A stretch of DNA of 63,064 nt, counting the filler, from Rhabdomonas costata (taxonomy: Eukaryota): NCBI GenBank assembly GCA_019059605.1. It is 49 parts of 49 records of this genome, joined end to end, with 100 filler letters (N's around TTAATTAATTAA, not from the genome) between each part and the next. Parts side by side here need not be neighbours in the genome. Positions count along the whole stretch, not along the records: positions 1 to 1,191 come from JAHMHO010024295.1; positions 1,292 to 2,481 come from JAHMHO010024296.1; positions 2,582 to 3,771 come from JAHMHO010024297.1; positions 3,872 to 5,046 come from JAHMHO010024298.1; positions 5,147 to 6,335 come from JAHMHO010024299.1; positions 6,436 to 7,618 come from JAHMHO010024300.1; positions 7,719 to 8,908 come from JAHMHO010024301.1; positions 9,009 to 10,198 come from JAHMHO010024302.1; 41 more parts are not named here. One strand, 5' to 3'. Of this stretch, positions 1 through 13,062 are shown piece by piece. Position 1 is the first letter of the stretch, and each line of letters begins with the position of its first letter. The notes beneath the pieces are model-generated. The model saw nothing but the letters and a program-made list of their open reading frames with translations. It was not told where the DNA came from and ran no database searches. A program made the position numbers and the translations under genes.

Positions 1-35
1 AACAACCTGGCAACAGCCAGCGCTCATTGCGCCCA

Positions 36-80
36 ACACACACACACACACACACACACTCACACACACACTCACACACA
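36..80 (+). repeat. (CA)n microsatellite
   Basis: Run of ACACAC... with a few CT interruptions. Confidence 0.9.
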
Positions 81-679
81 ACCGCAGATACACAAGTGCA
101 TCGGACCGCTGGAGCCGAGCCGGACTGCACACCCGAGGGTCTGTTTGGCCGATCGCCCCAAAATACACCCGCCCCCCTTCGTTTTTTCCCTCAGTTTTCC
201 CACATTTCCAAGGACCCCGGCTGCATTTTGGTCCCTTTGCCTTTGAAGGCCTGCACACTGTGCCTTTCCGCTTGAACCTCCTGGGCTCTACCCAAAGCTA
301 GAGCCTAGGAGCTCTTGATGCTGGGACGAATGCTTAGGTCTTTAGTTTGGCATATTTGTGGTTTGTATTTGCTTCGGCACGCGTGTGGTTGTAATGTGCT
401 GCTCAAGCTGCACGCCAGGTGAGCCTCTTCTGCGGAATAGGAATCCTACTGAATCTTCTCGAGACGACAAGAGCACCCCCCCCCCTTTTTGCTTTCCACA
501 AGCAACCAAAAAAAAACAGACCAGAACAGGAACAACACCGGAGAGAGTCCTTCACTGTTACGTCCATTGTTGTCCATTCATTTTGACGGCGGAATGGGAA
601 GAGTTTCCATTGAGGTGGTTTCTTGCTGAGGGATGCCAAAATTCTGTTTCCGTACGGGGCTTGTGCCACCCGTTCACAG

Positions 680-874
680 GTTGCTGCGTCCTTTGCTGCG
701 GGAAAAGCCTTGGCAGAGACCTGCGAAGCAAAGGACCGCGAGAAGGCTCTGGCCATTTTGAGCAGTGGCTTCCCAGACGTTACGGTAAAGTCCAGCAAGG
801 GGTTCGTCACTCCCCTTGAGAGTGCCATCCTGCATCGATGGGCAGACGTCACCAAAGCACTCCTTCGGGCTAAG
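680..874 (+). CDS. Ankyrin-repeat protein, internal exon
   Basis: cag|GTT...AAG|gtacgc bounds 65 codons containing KGFVTPLESAILHRWADVTKALL, an ankyrin-type G-x-TPLxxA helix-turn-helix. Confidence 0.6.
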
Positions 875-1191
875 GTACGCCTAATGCGGTCAGCTGGCTG
901 CTGTTGTAGCCTTTTTGTGTGCTCTGCTTTGTGATGCATAATGCAGCCGTGTGCCCTTGTTTTAGAGGTAAAGGGGATTGGTGGGTGTCAGGTGCAGGAT
1001 GTCTTTTCACCGCTTTGAAATGTTAGTGAGGGGCAGCGGTGGACTGACTTCGTTGAGTCTTTGTTTACCAAAGGGGCTTGCCCTCGTCATTAATGCTTTA
1101 GAGAAGTTTGCATGCGAATGTATGAGGAGAGGAGCTGAGGGCTCCGAGGAAAGGCATTGGCGGAAACCCCAACACTATGTCACAAAAAAAC

Positions 1192-1291
1192 NNNNNNNNN
1201 NNNNNNNNNNNNNNNNNNNNNNNNNNNNNNNNNNNTTAATTAATTAANNNNNNNNNNNNNNNNNNNNNNNNNNNNNNNNNNNNNNNNNNNN
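1192..1291. other. Artificial contig linker (N44-TTAATTAATTAA-N44); the same linker recurs about every 1.29 kb through the window
   Basis: Identical 100-nt spacer with stops in all six frames separates ~1.19 kb contigs of near-identical length, as in a length-sorted concatenation. Confidence 0.99.
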
Positions 1292-2225
1292 GGTTTGGGG
1301 TTGCAAGTATGTCGCGGCCTGGTTAAGCACCGCCTCGGAGTCTTCGAAAGTCATTTTGTGCAGTTCCTGCCGCAGCGCTGGCTCCAGAGAACTTTCCAGT
1401 GTCAGCTTGGCCAGGAACCTTGAGATGGCGAGGTCGGTGAGCTGAAAAGAAGAGAAGGTCAAGCGGCGTTTTTGTTGAGAGGGGGGGGGGTCATCGTGCG
1501 CTTCATGCGCGTGCTGGGTCTCAAGCTCCAAGATGAAGCATCTTCTGCCATAGGTGTGGACCCTTCTCTGTGCTGAATGGCAGGGGGTTGGGGACAAATG
1601 GTGGGCCCATCAGTATCAACATCACTAATCGGAAGAATATATCATGTCTTGTCTCGTGGGAAGAAGTTGCGTGGAGCGACGAGGCTATCCTTTAGGGCTC
1701 TGGCGTCGCCATCAGGCCCCGGCAGCGTTACGGCATTTTTTGAGAAGTTTGTCGCGACCACTGCGCCATTAGGTGGGTGGCCATTTTCGCCGGCGGTTAC
1801 CATGTTGTCGACTTGTTGAAGTTGTGCCTTGTACGAGTCATTTTGCTTTCTGAGCTGGAAATTACGTCAATATGTATGCCCCATTTGAGCTGTTGGGCAG
1901 CGAAAAAGCATGGGTTTTAACCCCTTTTCGCTCTTTAAGTCCGAAATCGTAAACTTTAATGTACAGCGAGCAGAATTCTTTTGAGCTGACGCGAGCAATA
2001 TCATCTCTGTATATCATATATATATCCTCTGCATTTGTGTTAGCCTGCACTGCACACTGCACATTGCCACGCTCTGATTCAAAATTTGTAGGATCCCTTG
2101 ATGAACGAAGGCATCAGAGGCTGACCTTAGGGGTCCTGTAGGACTGCCTGTGGTCCACGAACTTCTCGGCGACCAGCTCGACAGGAATGACGTCCACCAT
2201 CTCCCGGAAGTCACACCACCACACC
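1292..2225 (-). CDS. Hypothetical protein, exon fragments
   Basis: Putative exons VWWCDFREMVDVIPVELVAEKFVDHR (about 2145-2225) and LTDLAISRFLAKLTLESSLEPALRQELHK (about 1300-1442). Both have AG acceptors and GC3-rich codons. Confidence 0.4.
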
Positions 2226-4928
2226 TGAGCGCAGTGGGAAAACAACTCACTCACAAAAGCCCCCCTCCCCCGATTGGTGAAGGTGCGGTGCGTAGATCTG
2301 TTTCACAACCAAAATTCATTTCAACACAATCTGCGCAAAATTTGCCAAACTGCAAGAACTGCTGATGGTCAAGCATGACCCCAGCTTGCAGACGACGATC
2401 ATATGAAATTCCTGGATCTTCTTGGGCGAACTTGTTGAGCCACTGCGTTCTCCCCAGAACCCGACACTGACAACCCACCCCNNNNNNNNNNNNNNNNNNN
2501 NNNNNNNNNNNNNNNNNNNNNNNNNTTAATTAATTAANNNNNNNNNNNNNNNNNNNNNNNNNNNNNNNNNNNNNNNNNNNNCACACACTTTCTCCTCAGG
2601 AACGCCGAGGCTCACCAGAACAAGGCTGACCTCCAGGATGTCACCCATGCAACAGACAAAAGGAAGCCAGAGTTCCTATAAGGAAAAAGGGAGACACGTG
2701 GAGCAAGTCCACCAAGGAGGCAAATGAAAAAGGAGGGACGATATGCAGCAATCAAACGACACAAAATCAAGCCGCGCACAGACATCCTTCGACCCTTCGA
2801 CTGCATGTCAAGTTGCCGAAACGCAGCTGTGGGCCTGGCTAGGGAGTGTGGGTGCAGATATTTTAAGGTAAGGAACAATTTCTTTCCGCGTAACACAGAA
2901 TCACAAGATGCATTCCAATATAGGCGAGCTGTACCGTGTTCCACACAGGCGTGACAGTGCGAGGCACGGGCGGAGTCGTCTTAGAGGTCGCACCCACCCG
3001 AAGCCTCACAGTGAGTTGGGAAGCAGAAGGCCAAGTGGGCGACAGGCAGACCACACCGCCCAGTACAGTGGCGACCAAGCAGCTCGCAGCCTCGGCCTGT
3101 TAGAGACCGCCCTCCCTCACATCAGTCCCCCACAGCAGCAACATCCTTTCGAATGAGCTTTGAAATGTCTCATTTTCTCACTGCCTCGGACCGTCAGACT
3201 GAGCCCTCTACAATCCTACTGACTGAATTCCCTACATTCCTAACTCATTTCTCTCAAATAAAAAATTCACAGTTCTTTTTTTTTTGAAAACTTTGTGGCG
3301 ATTGTATCCAACTTATCTACTCGCTGCCCGCTCGCTGGCATGCTATAGAAAGAGGCAGTAGGGAGAACGAGAAATTCGCAGGCGGTATTTTTTTGTGACC
3401 GCATGAGATGCCCATGTTACACACATCACACTGACATACACCTCTGGTACTGCTATTTGCCCGCAGCAACCAGTGGAAGGCTCCAAGCAAATGCCACGGG
3501 CGTCACCTTCGGCCGGCCCTATGTGCATGTGCGGAAGAACAGTAATGCCCAACCGGAGTAAGTACGCCACACACTACACCCTCCCCCCCAGGGCGCCTTC
3601 CATAACCATATTCCATCATGCTATCAATGTCAATGCAATCATAAGCGAACAAAACGATCTGCATTGATATATTGACTGACCGAAATTGTTTGAGCAGTCA
3701 ATAAATCCTACAAGTGAGCGAGAAGCGATAAAAATGCCGTGGAGAAGCACACAAACCTGTCCGTAATGAAANNNNNNNNNNNNNNNNNNNNNNNNNNNNN
3801 NNNNNNNNNNNNNNNTTAATTAATTAANNNNNNNNNNNNNNNNNNNNNNNNNNNNNNNNNNNNNNNNNNNNCCTTTTTTTTTTGGACAATATTGACAGGG
3901 CGGAATTTTCCCTTGGTCGCTTCCAGCGCGACCCAAGAAAATCGCAAAGGGGCGCGGAGAAAAGGGGTTGAGGCGTCATCAGCTGCCAAATATGCCCACC
4001 GTCACCATCATCTCTTTATGCTGAACTGTTCACAAAATTGCTCGTGAGAATACATTGCCACACACTCGAGCAAGAAGGCGAAAGTTTCGCCGAACAGAAG
4101 AGGAGTTAATTAGACTTAGAAAATTGCAGAAAAGAGACATGAAACTTGCTTTGAGCAACGAAGTGAATTTTCGTCATGCCGCATATGGGATTCTGGCTTT
4201 CCCTTTCTTGCTTGCTGCTTGCTGCTTGCTGCTTCCTCCATTTCCATTCGCTTCGACTGTTTTCTCAGATGGAGTTGTTTTCATTGCGCTCGTGGGGCCT
4301 TCGGTGAACACCACCCTGTTGCTGTGTCAGGATGACCCTGGAAACGGCAGCCTTCTCCCGCTTTGCGTTGTCCATGTTATCCCCGAGGAGGGAGGTAGCA
4401 CACACTTTGCGTTGCCTGACCTGTGAACTCAAGCCTATTGGGTGCCTAAGGCTCCAGTTTCAGTTGTCGTGTAATTTTCGCACGCCAGTTGAGGTTATTG
4501 AAAATGAGAATCTTGGAGTTGCCGTTGTGGGTGGGAACTGCGCCGCTCCCCTTCCGCGGCTTCCTCACTGCCAGTATATATAGAGTGCTAAGTGGGTCTT
4601 TTGCTTTTGTTTATTTGAAAAAGTCCCCGCATGTTCTCGTACAGGTCCACCACCGCCGGACTCCTCCAGTGGGGGTGGCACGGTATGTTGGCTGAGCCCC
4701 CTCATCCCCCTTGCAATCTATGGATAACACTTCCGGGAGGCTGTGGGGAGCCATTCATCGGTCCAAAAAATGCTTCCTTGCCTTTGTGCGCCAAATGTGT
4801 CCAGACGTGCGCGCGCACGCACGCACTTACGCACGCACTCACATGCTCGGGACCTGCGGGGCAGAAGCGAGGTTACCATGTGAAATGCTCAGCGGTGAGC
4901 CGGCGCCCCACAAGCCGTTTGCTCGTAC

Positions 4929-5040
4929 GCTAGTATCGCGAGCACCCGTGGCCAACGCTAGCGCGTACACCCGTCCGTCCACAGTGGTCACCGACAGGCA
5001 ATCCAGCAACAGCCCTATTGGCCCGACACACCCATGTCCC
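4929..5040 (-). CDS. Possible PQQ-like beta-propeller repeat exon
   Basis: VTTVDGRVYALALATG resembles the DGxVYALDxxTG blade motif; it ends at a gtacga donor. Confidence 0.4.
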
Positions 5041-7941
5041 ACAACCNNNNNNNNNNNNNNNNNNNNNNNNNNNNNNNNNNNNNNNNNNNNTTAATTAATT
5101 AANNNNNNNNNNNNNNNNNNNNNNNNNNNNNNNNNNNNNNNNNNNNGGGTGTGGGTACAACAGGAAAGCTATGCCTCGAGATCCTCTCATAAATCTGGTT
5201 TCGTCCAGAGAAAAGGTCACAGGCGCAATTTCTCGTGTGCACTGTTGAGGGGACAGCCCGATTAAAAACACCGGTTAAGGACCGGTTAAGGACCGGGTGG
5301 AAAGATGTTGAGGACCTTGGGGGGAGGGTATTGGTTACCTGCCTATGGTTATGATATGATAACAATCGAATGATAACATCGATGGAGTGATGCTTTGATC
5401 ATGGTTTTGGTCCGGTGACGCGACCCTCCAGCATCGGTGCCGGAATGCCAATATACCATTGCATAAAGTGAAAAAGTGTCATAAAAAAAAGTTGACGATC
5501 AAAGCTGACGGAAACTCGGTTCGTACTCCCTGTGCTCCCTGTGCTGCGCTGCTGCAACCAGAAGGATCAGCAAAATCAGCAACGGCCACCATAATGCGGA
5601 CTCTCACGGGGAGGGCAACCTTGACACACGCACTGGAATTCGCGTTCCAATAGGAAGCGTGCACTGCCCGACCCGACGTTAGGTTGGGGGCCCCACTTGT
5701 AGACCCCCCCACCCCGCGCCAATCACCCTCACAACTCTCGCACCCCAGGTACTTTGGTTGAGAGCACAGAGATAACTGCTGCCAGAGTTATGTGCATTGC
5801 CGTGGTAAGGCGGAACAAAAGCGCGTGGATCCCTCCCCCACTGGGGGTTAAGTGTAAACCTTCGTGCGGATACGGTCAGGCACCGAAAGGCTCGAATCCA
5901 TACTTACGGTCAACCACACTGGTCTCGCTCAGGCGTGATGGTGAAGGACAACTCTGCCCACCCAAACCAAGACTTCCCGTATGGAACATGGGGGCCAGCA
6001 GGGGACATAACGGCGCGCTTAACGGATTCTCGTTCCGGCGAAACTTGAGATGACCGCTGGGGAGGGTCCCTTCCACCAACACACCTTGTTCACGGTGAGC
6101 ACCTGGTGCCTCAAGCACCGAGGCTGGAACGGCAGCAGAGTTCTCCACCGAGGATCCACGGGCTTCTCTGCTACGGGCACCAGACCAGCCCTCACCTCGT
6201 CAAGAATGTGCTGCATAAAAAAAAGCACGAATCGCTCCTTTCTCCGGTCCAGCACCCGAAAAGCTCCAAAAACCAAAACAGTCGCCTGAATGCCACGCAA
6301 AAAAGGCCTCCACAATCCGAAGCAAAAGGATCAAANNNNNNNNNNNNNNNNNNNNNNNNNNNNNNNNNNNNNNNNNNNNTTAATTAATTAANNNNNNNNN
6401 NNNNNNNNNNNNNNNNNNNNNNNNNNNNNNNNNNNTTGTTGGGTGCACGTGCACGTGTGCGGGTGTGCACTTGTGAATGTCAGTGAGTGATGGAAGAATT
6501 GGTGCACGTCTGCATCGTGAGTAGGAGGAAGCAGTGTGGGTGGGACCAATGGGGAGTCTTTGGGAAGAGCGGTTCGTGAGATCGCGCCCGTTTCACTGAT
6601 TAGGAGCCTCGCGCTTCGCCTCTTCCAAAGCACTCCCTCTTGATTCACTTGCTTGTATGTGTGCTGTGGCTGGCCTTTTGACATGTCTGGGGGGAAACAA
6701 GCAAGGCGCTTGGGTGAGAGAAAGTTGAGGTTGAGGTTGCAAGCAACGAAGAAGGATGAAGCGAAAATGCGGATTGGCCTTGTTAATATTGAGCTTCGGC
6801 AATTGCAGTCATGGACAGAAGAAAGCCACTCTCTCACTTTCGCCTTCCATTTGTTAAATTTACAAGATGACGGTAGAAATTAGTTTGTTTCCAAACGTTA
6901 AGAAAACAGTAATAATAATAATAATAATAGTAATATTAAATGGCGAATAATATGGCAAAGAACGTACTGCGGCACAGGCACATGAGTTGTTGCGTCAGCT
7001 GGGGTTGAAATAGGCAATTCACAAGAAGGAATGAAAGTTTTTGCAATGCGAAACACAGTAAAAAATTCTTTTAGGCCCAGAGATGTCGCCGAAAATTGGA
7101 GCAGCGAAAGTGCTCACCCTGGCAACTCATTGTTTTTTGCCCTGAGGTTTTACTGCAATGCTTTTTGTATCCAGGTTTTTCTTCCCTGTTTTTTTTTCCG
7201 AGCTTTCCCGAGTTTCCTTCCGCTGCAGCCATGGGGGTGTGCTGCTTCTATGCATGTTGAGTGGGCAGCTGTGAGGCGATAGAACACTGAAAGGTCAACT
7301 CAGTGAAAGGATGACAATATGTGTGGGGAGGGGGAGAGGTCGAACTCAAACAGGGATACAGGGATCCCCACTGACTCGTACACAATTTTTACGAACCACA
7401 CTTCAGACGCGTGAAGGGGACTTGACTTGGCCTTGCCTGGCTTGCACATGGTGTTGAACTGGAGGTGATCGTTCGCAAGGGGTAGACATTGGGTTGCTTT
7501 CATCTTCTGGGCTGGACTTTGTGTTTAGTACGTTTTAAGAGCTAGCTCACCGGAATTTTCATTATAAAGACAGCTCTTATGTCTAGACGAAAGCTGCACC
7601 GCTTGCGAACGATCACCANNNNNNNNNNNNNNNNNNNNNNNNNNNNNNNNNNNNNNNNNNNNTTAATTAATTAANNNNNNNNNNNNNNNNNNNNNNNNNN
7701 NNNNNNNNNNNNNNNNNNTGTTGGTGGTATCGCTTGCTCAGTTGTTCCAAGAAGAACTGAGCAAGCGATGCCACCAAAAAGTATTCAGTTTGTTCAGTCA
7801 TCGCTGTTAAGCGTTATAAAGCGTTTAGAGGTTAGCCGACTGTTCTTAACTGCAAACATCCCAGCTAACCACCCGCGCATTTTCGCATTTTTGTGTATAT
7901 TCTGTTCAAACCCCTCCAGTGGGTGCCTTCAAAACAATAAG

Positions 7942-8261
7942 GTGCACCGGAGACGGGCAACTTGGCGCTGCATCGGTTGGTTGCCTCCCACGCGGTGGGC
8001 TCTCGGACGATTCTCCTGGGGGGCTTCGACAAGCTTGGGCCGGCGTGGCGCGAACAATACGGGGAGCAGTTCCTGAGGGACTTCGCCGCCATTGTGCACA
8101 CGGATCGCTTGAGGGCGGTTGCGGATGAGTTTTTGCGGAAGGAGGCGGCGGACCGCGGCGAGGGCTCTGCGGAGGGAGCAGAGATGCCCTTCTTGAGTGT
8201 CCACCTCCGGCGAAAGGACTTCATCAGCTTTCATCCGGATGACTATGGGACAACGAAGGAG
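7942..8261 (+). CDS. POFUT2: Protein O-fucosyltransferase 2-like (GT68), internal exon
   Basis: LRAVADEFLR...PFLSVHLRRKDF matches the POFUT2 motif PYLGVHLRRKDF; AG and GT boundaries are present. Confidence 0.8.
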
Positions 8262-10513
8262 GTTCTTGCTGTTGTTATCGCAAGTTTTTACGGCGGTTTT
8301 ATAAAATTGTGTGGCACCGCTCTAGAAATTGTATTGCATCGCTATAAATGGTTGGCAAATGTTATATAGTGTGCTGTAAAAGGGGCCACTTAAAAAAACC
8401 TGAACTTTTGTGCCTCGGGAAAGTCACATTGATAGCACATTGGTGGGGCATTCTCGTTTGCCTTGACAGCTCTTTCCCTTTCCAACATGTTCTTCGGTGA
8501 ACCTCTCCCCCCCCCCTCAGGCTGGAGCCATTTGGTCACATTTGAGGTGAACGGTCGTTGCTGTTGAGGCTGTTGCCGTGATTGGCCATATTCTTGGTGA
8601 CTGCTCGCTCGTTCTGCGACTGGCCAGACGTACGGGGATGGAGGGTTTTGTCTTACTGTCAAAATGTAACTGCTGGTAGGTGTGCTTCGTGCTGCTGAAG
8701 GTCCCTTTAGCAAAATGAAATACATTTCAAATACATTTCAACAAAGACGTCACTTTGTATTGCATGAAAATGGGGTGTTGAATGTTTTAACGGGTCAAAT
8801 GTTTAAAACTGAACGCTCGAAACGTTTTAAGCTTCTAGGGGCACTCGCATAGAAAACATGACCTCTTCTCGGACACGTCCTTACACTTTGCCCCCCCCCC
8901 ACAAAAACNNNNNNNNNNNNNNNNNNNNNNNNNNNNNNNNNNNNNNNNNNNNTTAATTAATTAANNNNNNNNNNNNNNNNNNNNNNNNNNNNNNNNNNNN
9001 NNNNNNNNAGGTCAGTGGGTGTGTGCTTATCTTTGTTTTCGGTGTTCTCAGGAGTCGCCATCCCTTCTGCACCCCGTCGCCCGCAGCGTCCAAGTGTGCA
9101 TGCCCAGAGCCCCTCCCGGTATGCGCTCGGGGAAGTGGAAGAGTACACATCTTCTGGACAACTTTCTTCTGTGCGGTATCTGCATTGTGCTTCGTGTCAG
9201 AAGGGCTAACTTTTGTTTTTGGTCGAACATCTGTGGAAAGGGTCGCGGTGTGTTGGTGTGTGTGTACCGTATGAGTCGTGTGGCTTTGTATGTGTAGTTG
9301 GAGGGAAGATGGGGAGTTTCCAGCAGCACCTTTGTGTTTTCCACAGCCCCTCCGGAAGTCTTCCAGTCGCAGCTCAGCCCGTCGTCCCGTGGGCAGCTCT
9401 CGCCGCGCACCCCAAAGTCGGATCCCCTGGAGTGGTCGGAGCAATGCAGCAGCCCATCCTTCAGCAGGCATGCGGGTTCCAAAAAGTTGTCGTTATGGTG
9501 ACATTCTCATATATTCTCATATGCTGGTGATGGTTAGTCCATCAACTTTTTAGGGCTCGCTTTGTAAAGCAGCAGAAAGTGGTGTGACAACTTCCTTCAG
9601 CTTGTCTGATTGCAGGGGAGACTTGCATACGCTTTTTCGGATGTGCTGTGTGAGTTGTTGGAGTCAATTTGAGGCCTTCTTGCCTTTACTCGGACCTTTA
9701 CATGAACATTTGCAGGCCTGAAAACGGACTCTCCTCTTATCTTGTCTTCTTGTCAGCAGTGATCGTTTGGTGAGTGGAGGCCGGGAGGTTTCACCTAGGG
9801 TGGGTGGGTTTGATAAATCGTGGAAGTTCAGGAGGGACAACGGGTGGTGCTGCTTCCACACTGAAAGTCGTGCTTTGCCCAAGAGCAAAGCGCAAATGTT
9901 CATTTAGGCAGTATTTTCTTTTTTTAATTTCATCCGTTTGTATCACGAAATTACGAAAGCACGGAATATCGTCTTTGCACCAAATCGCAAACAGGCCTCC
10001 CAATCTAACCAAACAAAGCTCAAGCAAAACACAGAGACATCGGATGAGGACAAAAGATGTGGAAGCGTCGGCTCACTCCATTAAAATTCCCAAACCTCGG
10101 TTAATTCAAAGCGCTTTTTTTTTCACTTTGAGATGAAACAAGCAATGATGCTTCATTTTGTTCTTGTTCAGCCCTTCAGCCTCCTTTGCCCCCAAACCNN
10201 NNNNNNNNNNNNNNNNNNNNNNNNNNNNNNNNNNNNNNNNNNTTAATTAATTAANNNNNNNNNNNNNNNNNNNNNNNNNNNNNNNNNNNNNNNNNNNNCC
10301 ATGTTCGTGTGATCTGGCATGTGTGTATACGTGTGTTGTGTGCGCGAGCCCGCGAGCCCCAGTTCTTACGGTCTTGAGCTCAGGCCACAGCACGGGCCAG
10401 CCGGCAACTCATAGGCAGAGCGCCCGGGCGAGCGCCAAGTCCCCAGCCGCGGGCCCGCAGGCCGCCACATCCAGATGCCCTGGGGCGTCGGGGGAGGGCG
10501 GAAGGGCAGAAAT

Positions 10514-10813
10514 ATGTATACAGTTTTAAATGACATTGATAAGTGTATTCTTTTACGTGAATGCATTTTCTCAAGTTATTATATAATGGATTACTACAGT
10601 ATGAATGATCTAGTTGAGAACCTTAAAATAATGATCGCCTTTAAAGAACAAGAAGCTATGAAATTACAGTTAAATTCAGCTAATGATCTGAATACTAACA
10701 TTAAGCTCAATATACTTAAAACACAACCTACATATCATCAGAATTTAATAAATGATATGATGATACATAGATGTACAAACTGTTGTACTTGTAAGGGATT
10801 CTGTTACAAATAA
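10514..10813 (+). CDS. AT-rich intronless ORF of unknown function with a C-terminal Cys cluster (99 aa), in a virus-like island
   Basis: MYTVLNDIDK...HRCTNCCTCKGFCYK*; its AT-rich codon usage is unlike the host exons. Confidence 0.55.
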   Translation: MYTVLNDIDKCILLRECIFSSYYIMDYYSMNDLVENLKIMIAFKEQEAMKLQLNSANDLNTNIKLNILKTQPTYHQNLINDMMIHRCTNCCTCKGFCYK

Positions 10814-10859
10814 ATTCTCCAAACTTATTTTTATTTAATTTTTTTGTTCTACATAAATA

Positions 10860-11207
10860 ATGAAATACAATTATAAAAATTCAAAAATAGTTTTATAAAT
10901 ATATAAAAACAACTATATTTTAGATGCAACAAATGATACCATTAAAGAAAGAAAAATTGCTTTAAGAAATACACACCGTAATAATGCGCGTTTTTATGAA
11001 TTTTTCTGCAATTGCGATTTTATTTTATTAGATTCTTTTTCTTGCAATAATAAAAATGAGTTGAATCAGCGCATTAAATATTATGAACTTTTGCTAAAAA
11101 AAATAACTGAAATGAATATTAAGAAAGCAAACACTGAAGTAAATTTATACAAAAAGAAGTTGGATATATTAAACGCTCGGAAACAGCCACTCGTTGAAGT
11201 AAGTTAG
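10860..11207 (+). pseudogene. Degenerate GIY-YIG-like endonuclease ORF of large-DNA-virus/Polinton-like type, with an in-frame TAA at codon 13
   Basis: MKYNYKNSKIVL*IYKNNYILDATNDTIKERKIALRNTHR...CDFILLDSFSCNNKNELNQRIKYY parallels the viral pattern Y.NGKIYKI...YIGST...R...HR...I.LIE.FPC.NK.EL..RE.YY. It is absent from the ORF track because of the stop. Confidence 0.6.
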
Positions 11208-11639
11208 TCCTGTTTTGTATTTTGATTAACTAATTCTTTTAACAGTTGATGTTTCTTTATAAATCTATTCATTAGTTTTCCTATTCTGTACACACACAAG
11301 TCCAGTGTTCAAAGTCCGGCGCACACAACAGCCGCACAGATGCGAAGAGAAGAGAACGTGACTGCGGGAAAACAGTACAGTTTGAAGGGAGGAACAATAA
11401 CAAAAGCTTTCAAGCAGTCAATGAAGGAAGACACTGGTGAAACATGACAACAGCAGCAACTACCGCGGAGTCCACTCCCATAAACGCCCNNNNNNNNNNN
11501 NNNNNNNNNNNNNNNNNNNNNNNNNNNNNNNNNTTAATTAATTAANNNNNNNNNNNNNNNNNNNNNNNNNNNNNNNNNNNNNNNNNNNNGGTTTTGCTTT
11601 CTTTCCCTTTCTTTTGCCCACCACGCATCCCCTCCCCAG

Positions 11640-11810
11640 GTGGATGAGCTGAAACAGGCCATTGCCCGCCAGGTGGCGGTGGGCACAGGTCCCACTGGTC
11701 TAACCGCGGAGAACCTCCGTTTGATCCACCAGGCTCGGGCTCTGGGGGAGCCTCAGTCCGCAACTACCGGCGCCACACCGCTGCAAAACTGCCTCCCTGA
11801 CGGGGCGACG
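11640..11810 (+). CDS. Ubiquitin-like domain protein, internal exon
   Basis: VDELKQAIA...ENLRLIHQARAL fits the UBL V.ELK..I...Q.RLI..G+.L pattern; cag and gtgttt boundaries, 57 codons. Confidence 0.6.
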
Positions 11811-13062
11811 GTGTTTGTGTGAAGACCTTGGCGAAGGTTGTGCCCCTCTGCTGCACACGTTGCTGATTTTCTACAGTTGTGTGTGTTTGTGTGCTTCAAT
11901 GTCGACTGTGTGATCTGACGGCCCCACTTAGGGCACTGGGTTGTTTGCGCTGACTGCAGCTGCCGCGTTTGCCGCTGATGCATGAGTCTCGTAGTCTGCA
12001 CTTTTCTGACTGGCGACCCGGGTGTCTGCGCGCGGGTGCATGTACGTACATACATCATTGACTTTGCCGTGAAGGGGAAAATTGTGTTGCTTATCAAAAT
12101 TGATTGGGTCCATTGAGACTTAGTTGGACTGTCAGGTTAAACACCCGTTCCTGTCTTGGTGTGTTCTCCGAGATAATGAATGAGCTGTTCTTCAGTTCTT
12201 CTGTTTCCTCTTTCAGCCTGCTCCAGCTCGAGATGGAAGTCAGTCTGGGAACCTGGTGCAATGCCAAGCTCTCTCGCTTTCTTTTGTTGCCTGTCACATC
12301 TCTTGGATCCTTACGCAGCCTACACATGTATGGGGTGCATGTCTTGCAAGATTTTCACAAGGGGAGATCAATAATGCGGGGTATCTGTGCGGACAAGGAC
12401 ACAAGTGCTGGTGACGAACACAAGACCGACTTTGGACTGTTAGGCACCAGAAACAATCTCGCCGCTAGTTGCTTTGGTGTTCTCATTCAGGATATATGTA
12501 CATCATGAACATTCAGCTCACTCTGTGAGGAGAAGATGTCAATATGTTGGGGTAGTTCGGGAAGATTTAATGGACGCTTCGTCAGGATTTTGGTTTGGCA
12601 TTCGTAGTTCGTCAGGATTTTGGTAGGGCATTGCGAGGAACGACGGTCCTGTGCTTGTCGCTACGCTCCTGACTGTAAGAACCCCAAGGTAATCTCTTAT
12701 TACGATGGACAAGATCCCAACACCTGGCGCTAAAGGATACCAAACCCGATGACTCATGCCCCTAGGCGCAAAACAACANNNNNNNNNNNNNNNNNNNNNN
12801 NNNNNNNNNNNNNNNNNNNNNNTTAATTAATTAANNNNNNNNNNNNNNNNNNNNNNNNNNNNNNNNNNNNNNNNNNNNGAATAGTTATTGTTTGTAATAA
12901 AGACCTGATCCCTCTTTATTACAAACAATAACTATTCGATAAAAAATAAAGTAAGGTTCGGATCCATGATCACGGTTGAGCAAGCTAGTCTTGCTCAGGG
13001 AAGGGGTAATAGTGAAGCCAATTTCTGAGACGACAACTGAGAAAGGTCACCCATAAACACAC

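Noticed and set aside
1236-1247. Regularly spaced TTAATTAATTAA palindrome resembling a repeat array
   Set aside because: Artificial six-frame-stop linker inside N runs; not CRISPR or genomic.
12579-12635. 30-bp tandem duplication, and similar short duplications at ~5269, ~13775 and ~26751
   Set aside because: Two-copy local slippage without spacers; no further structure.
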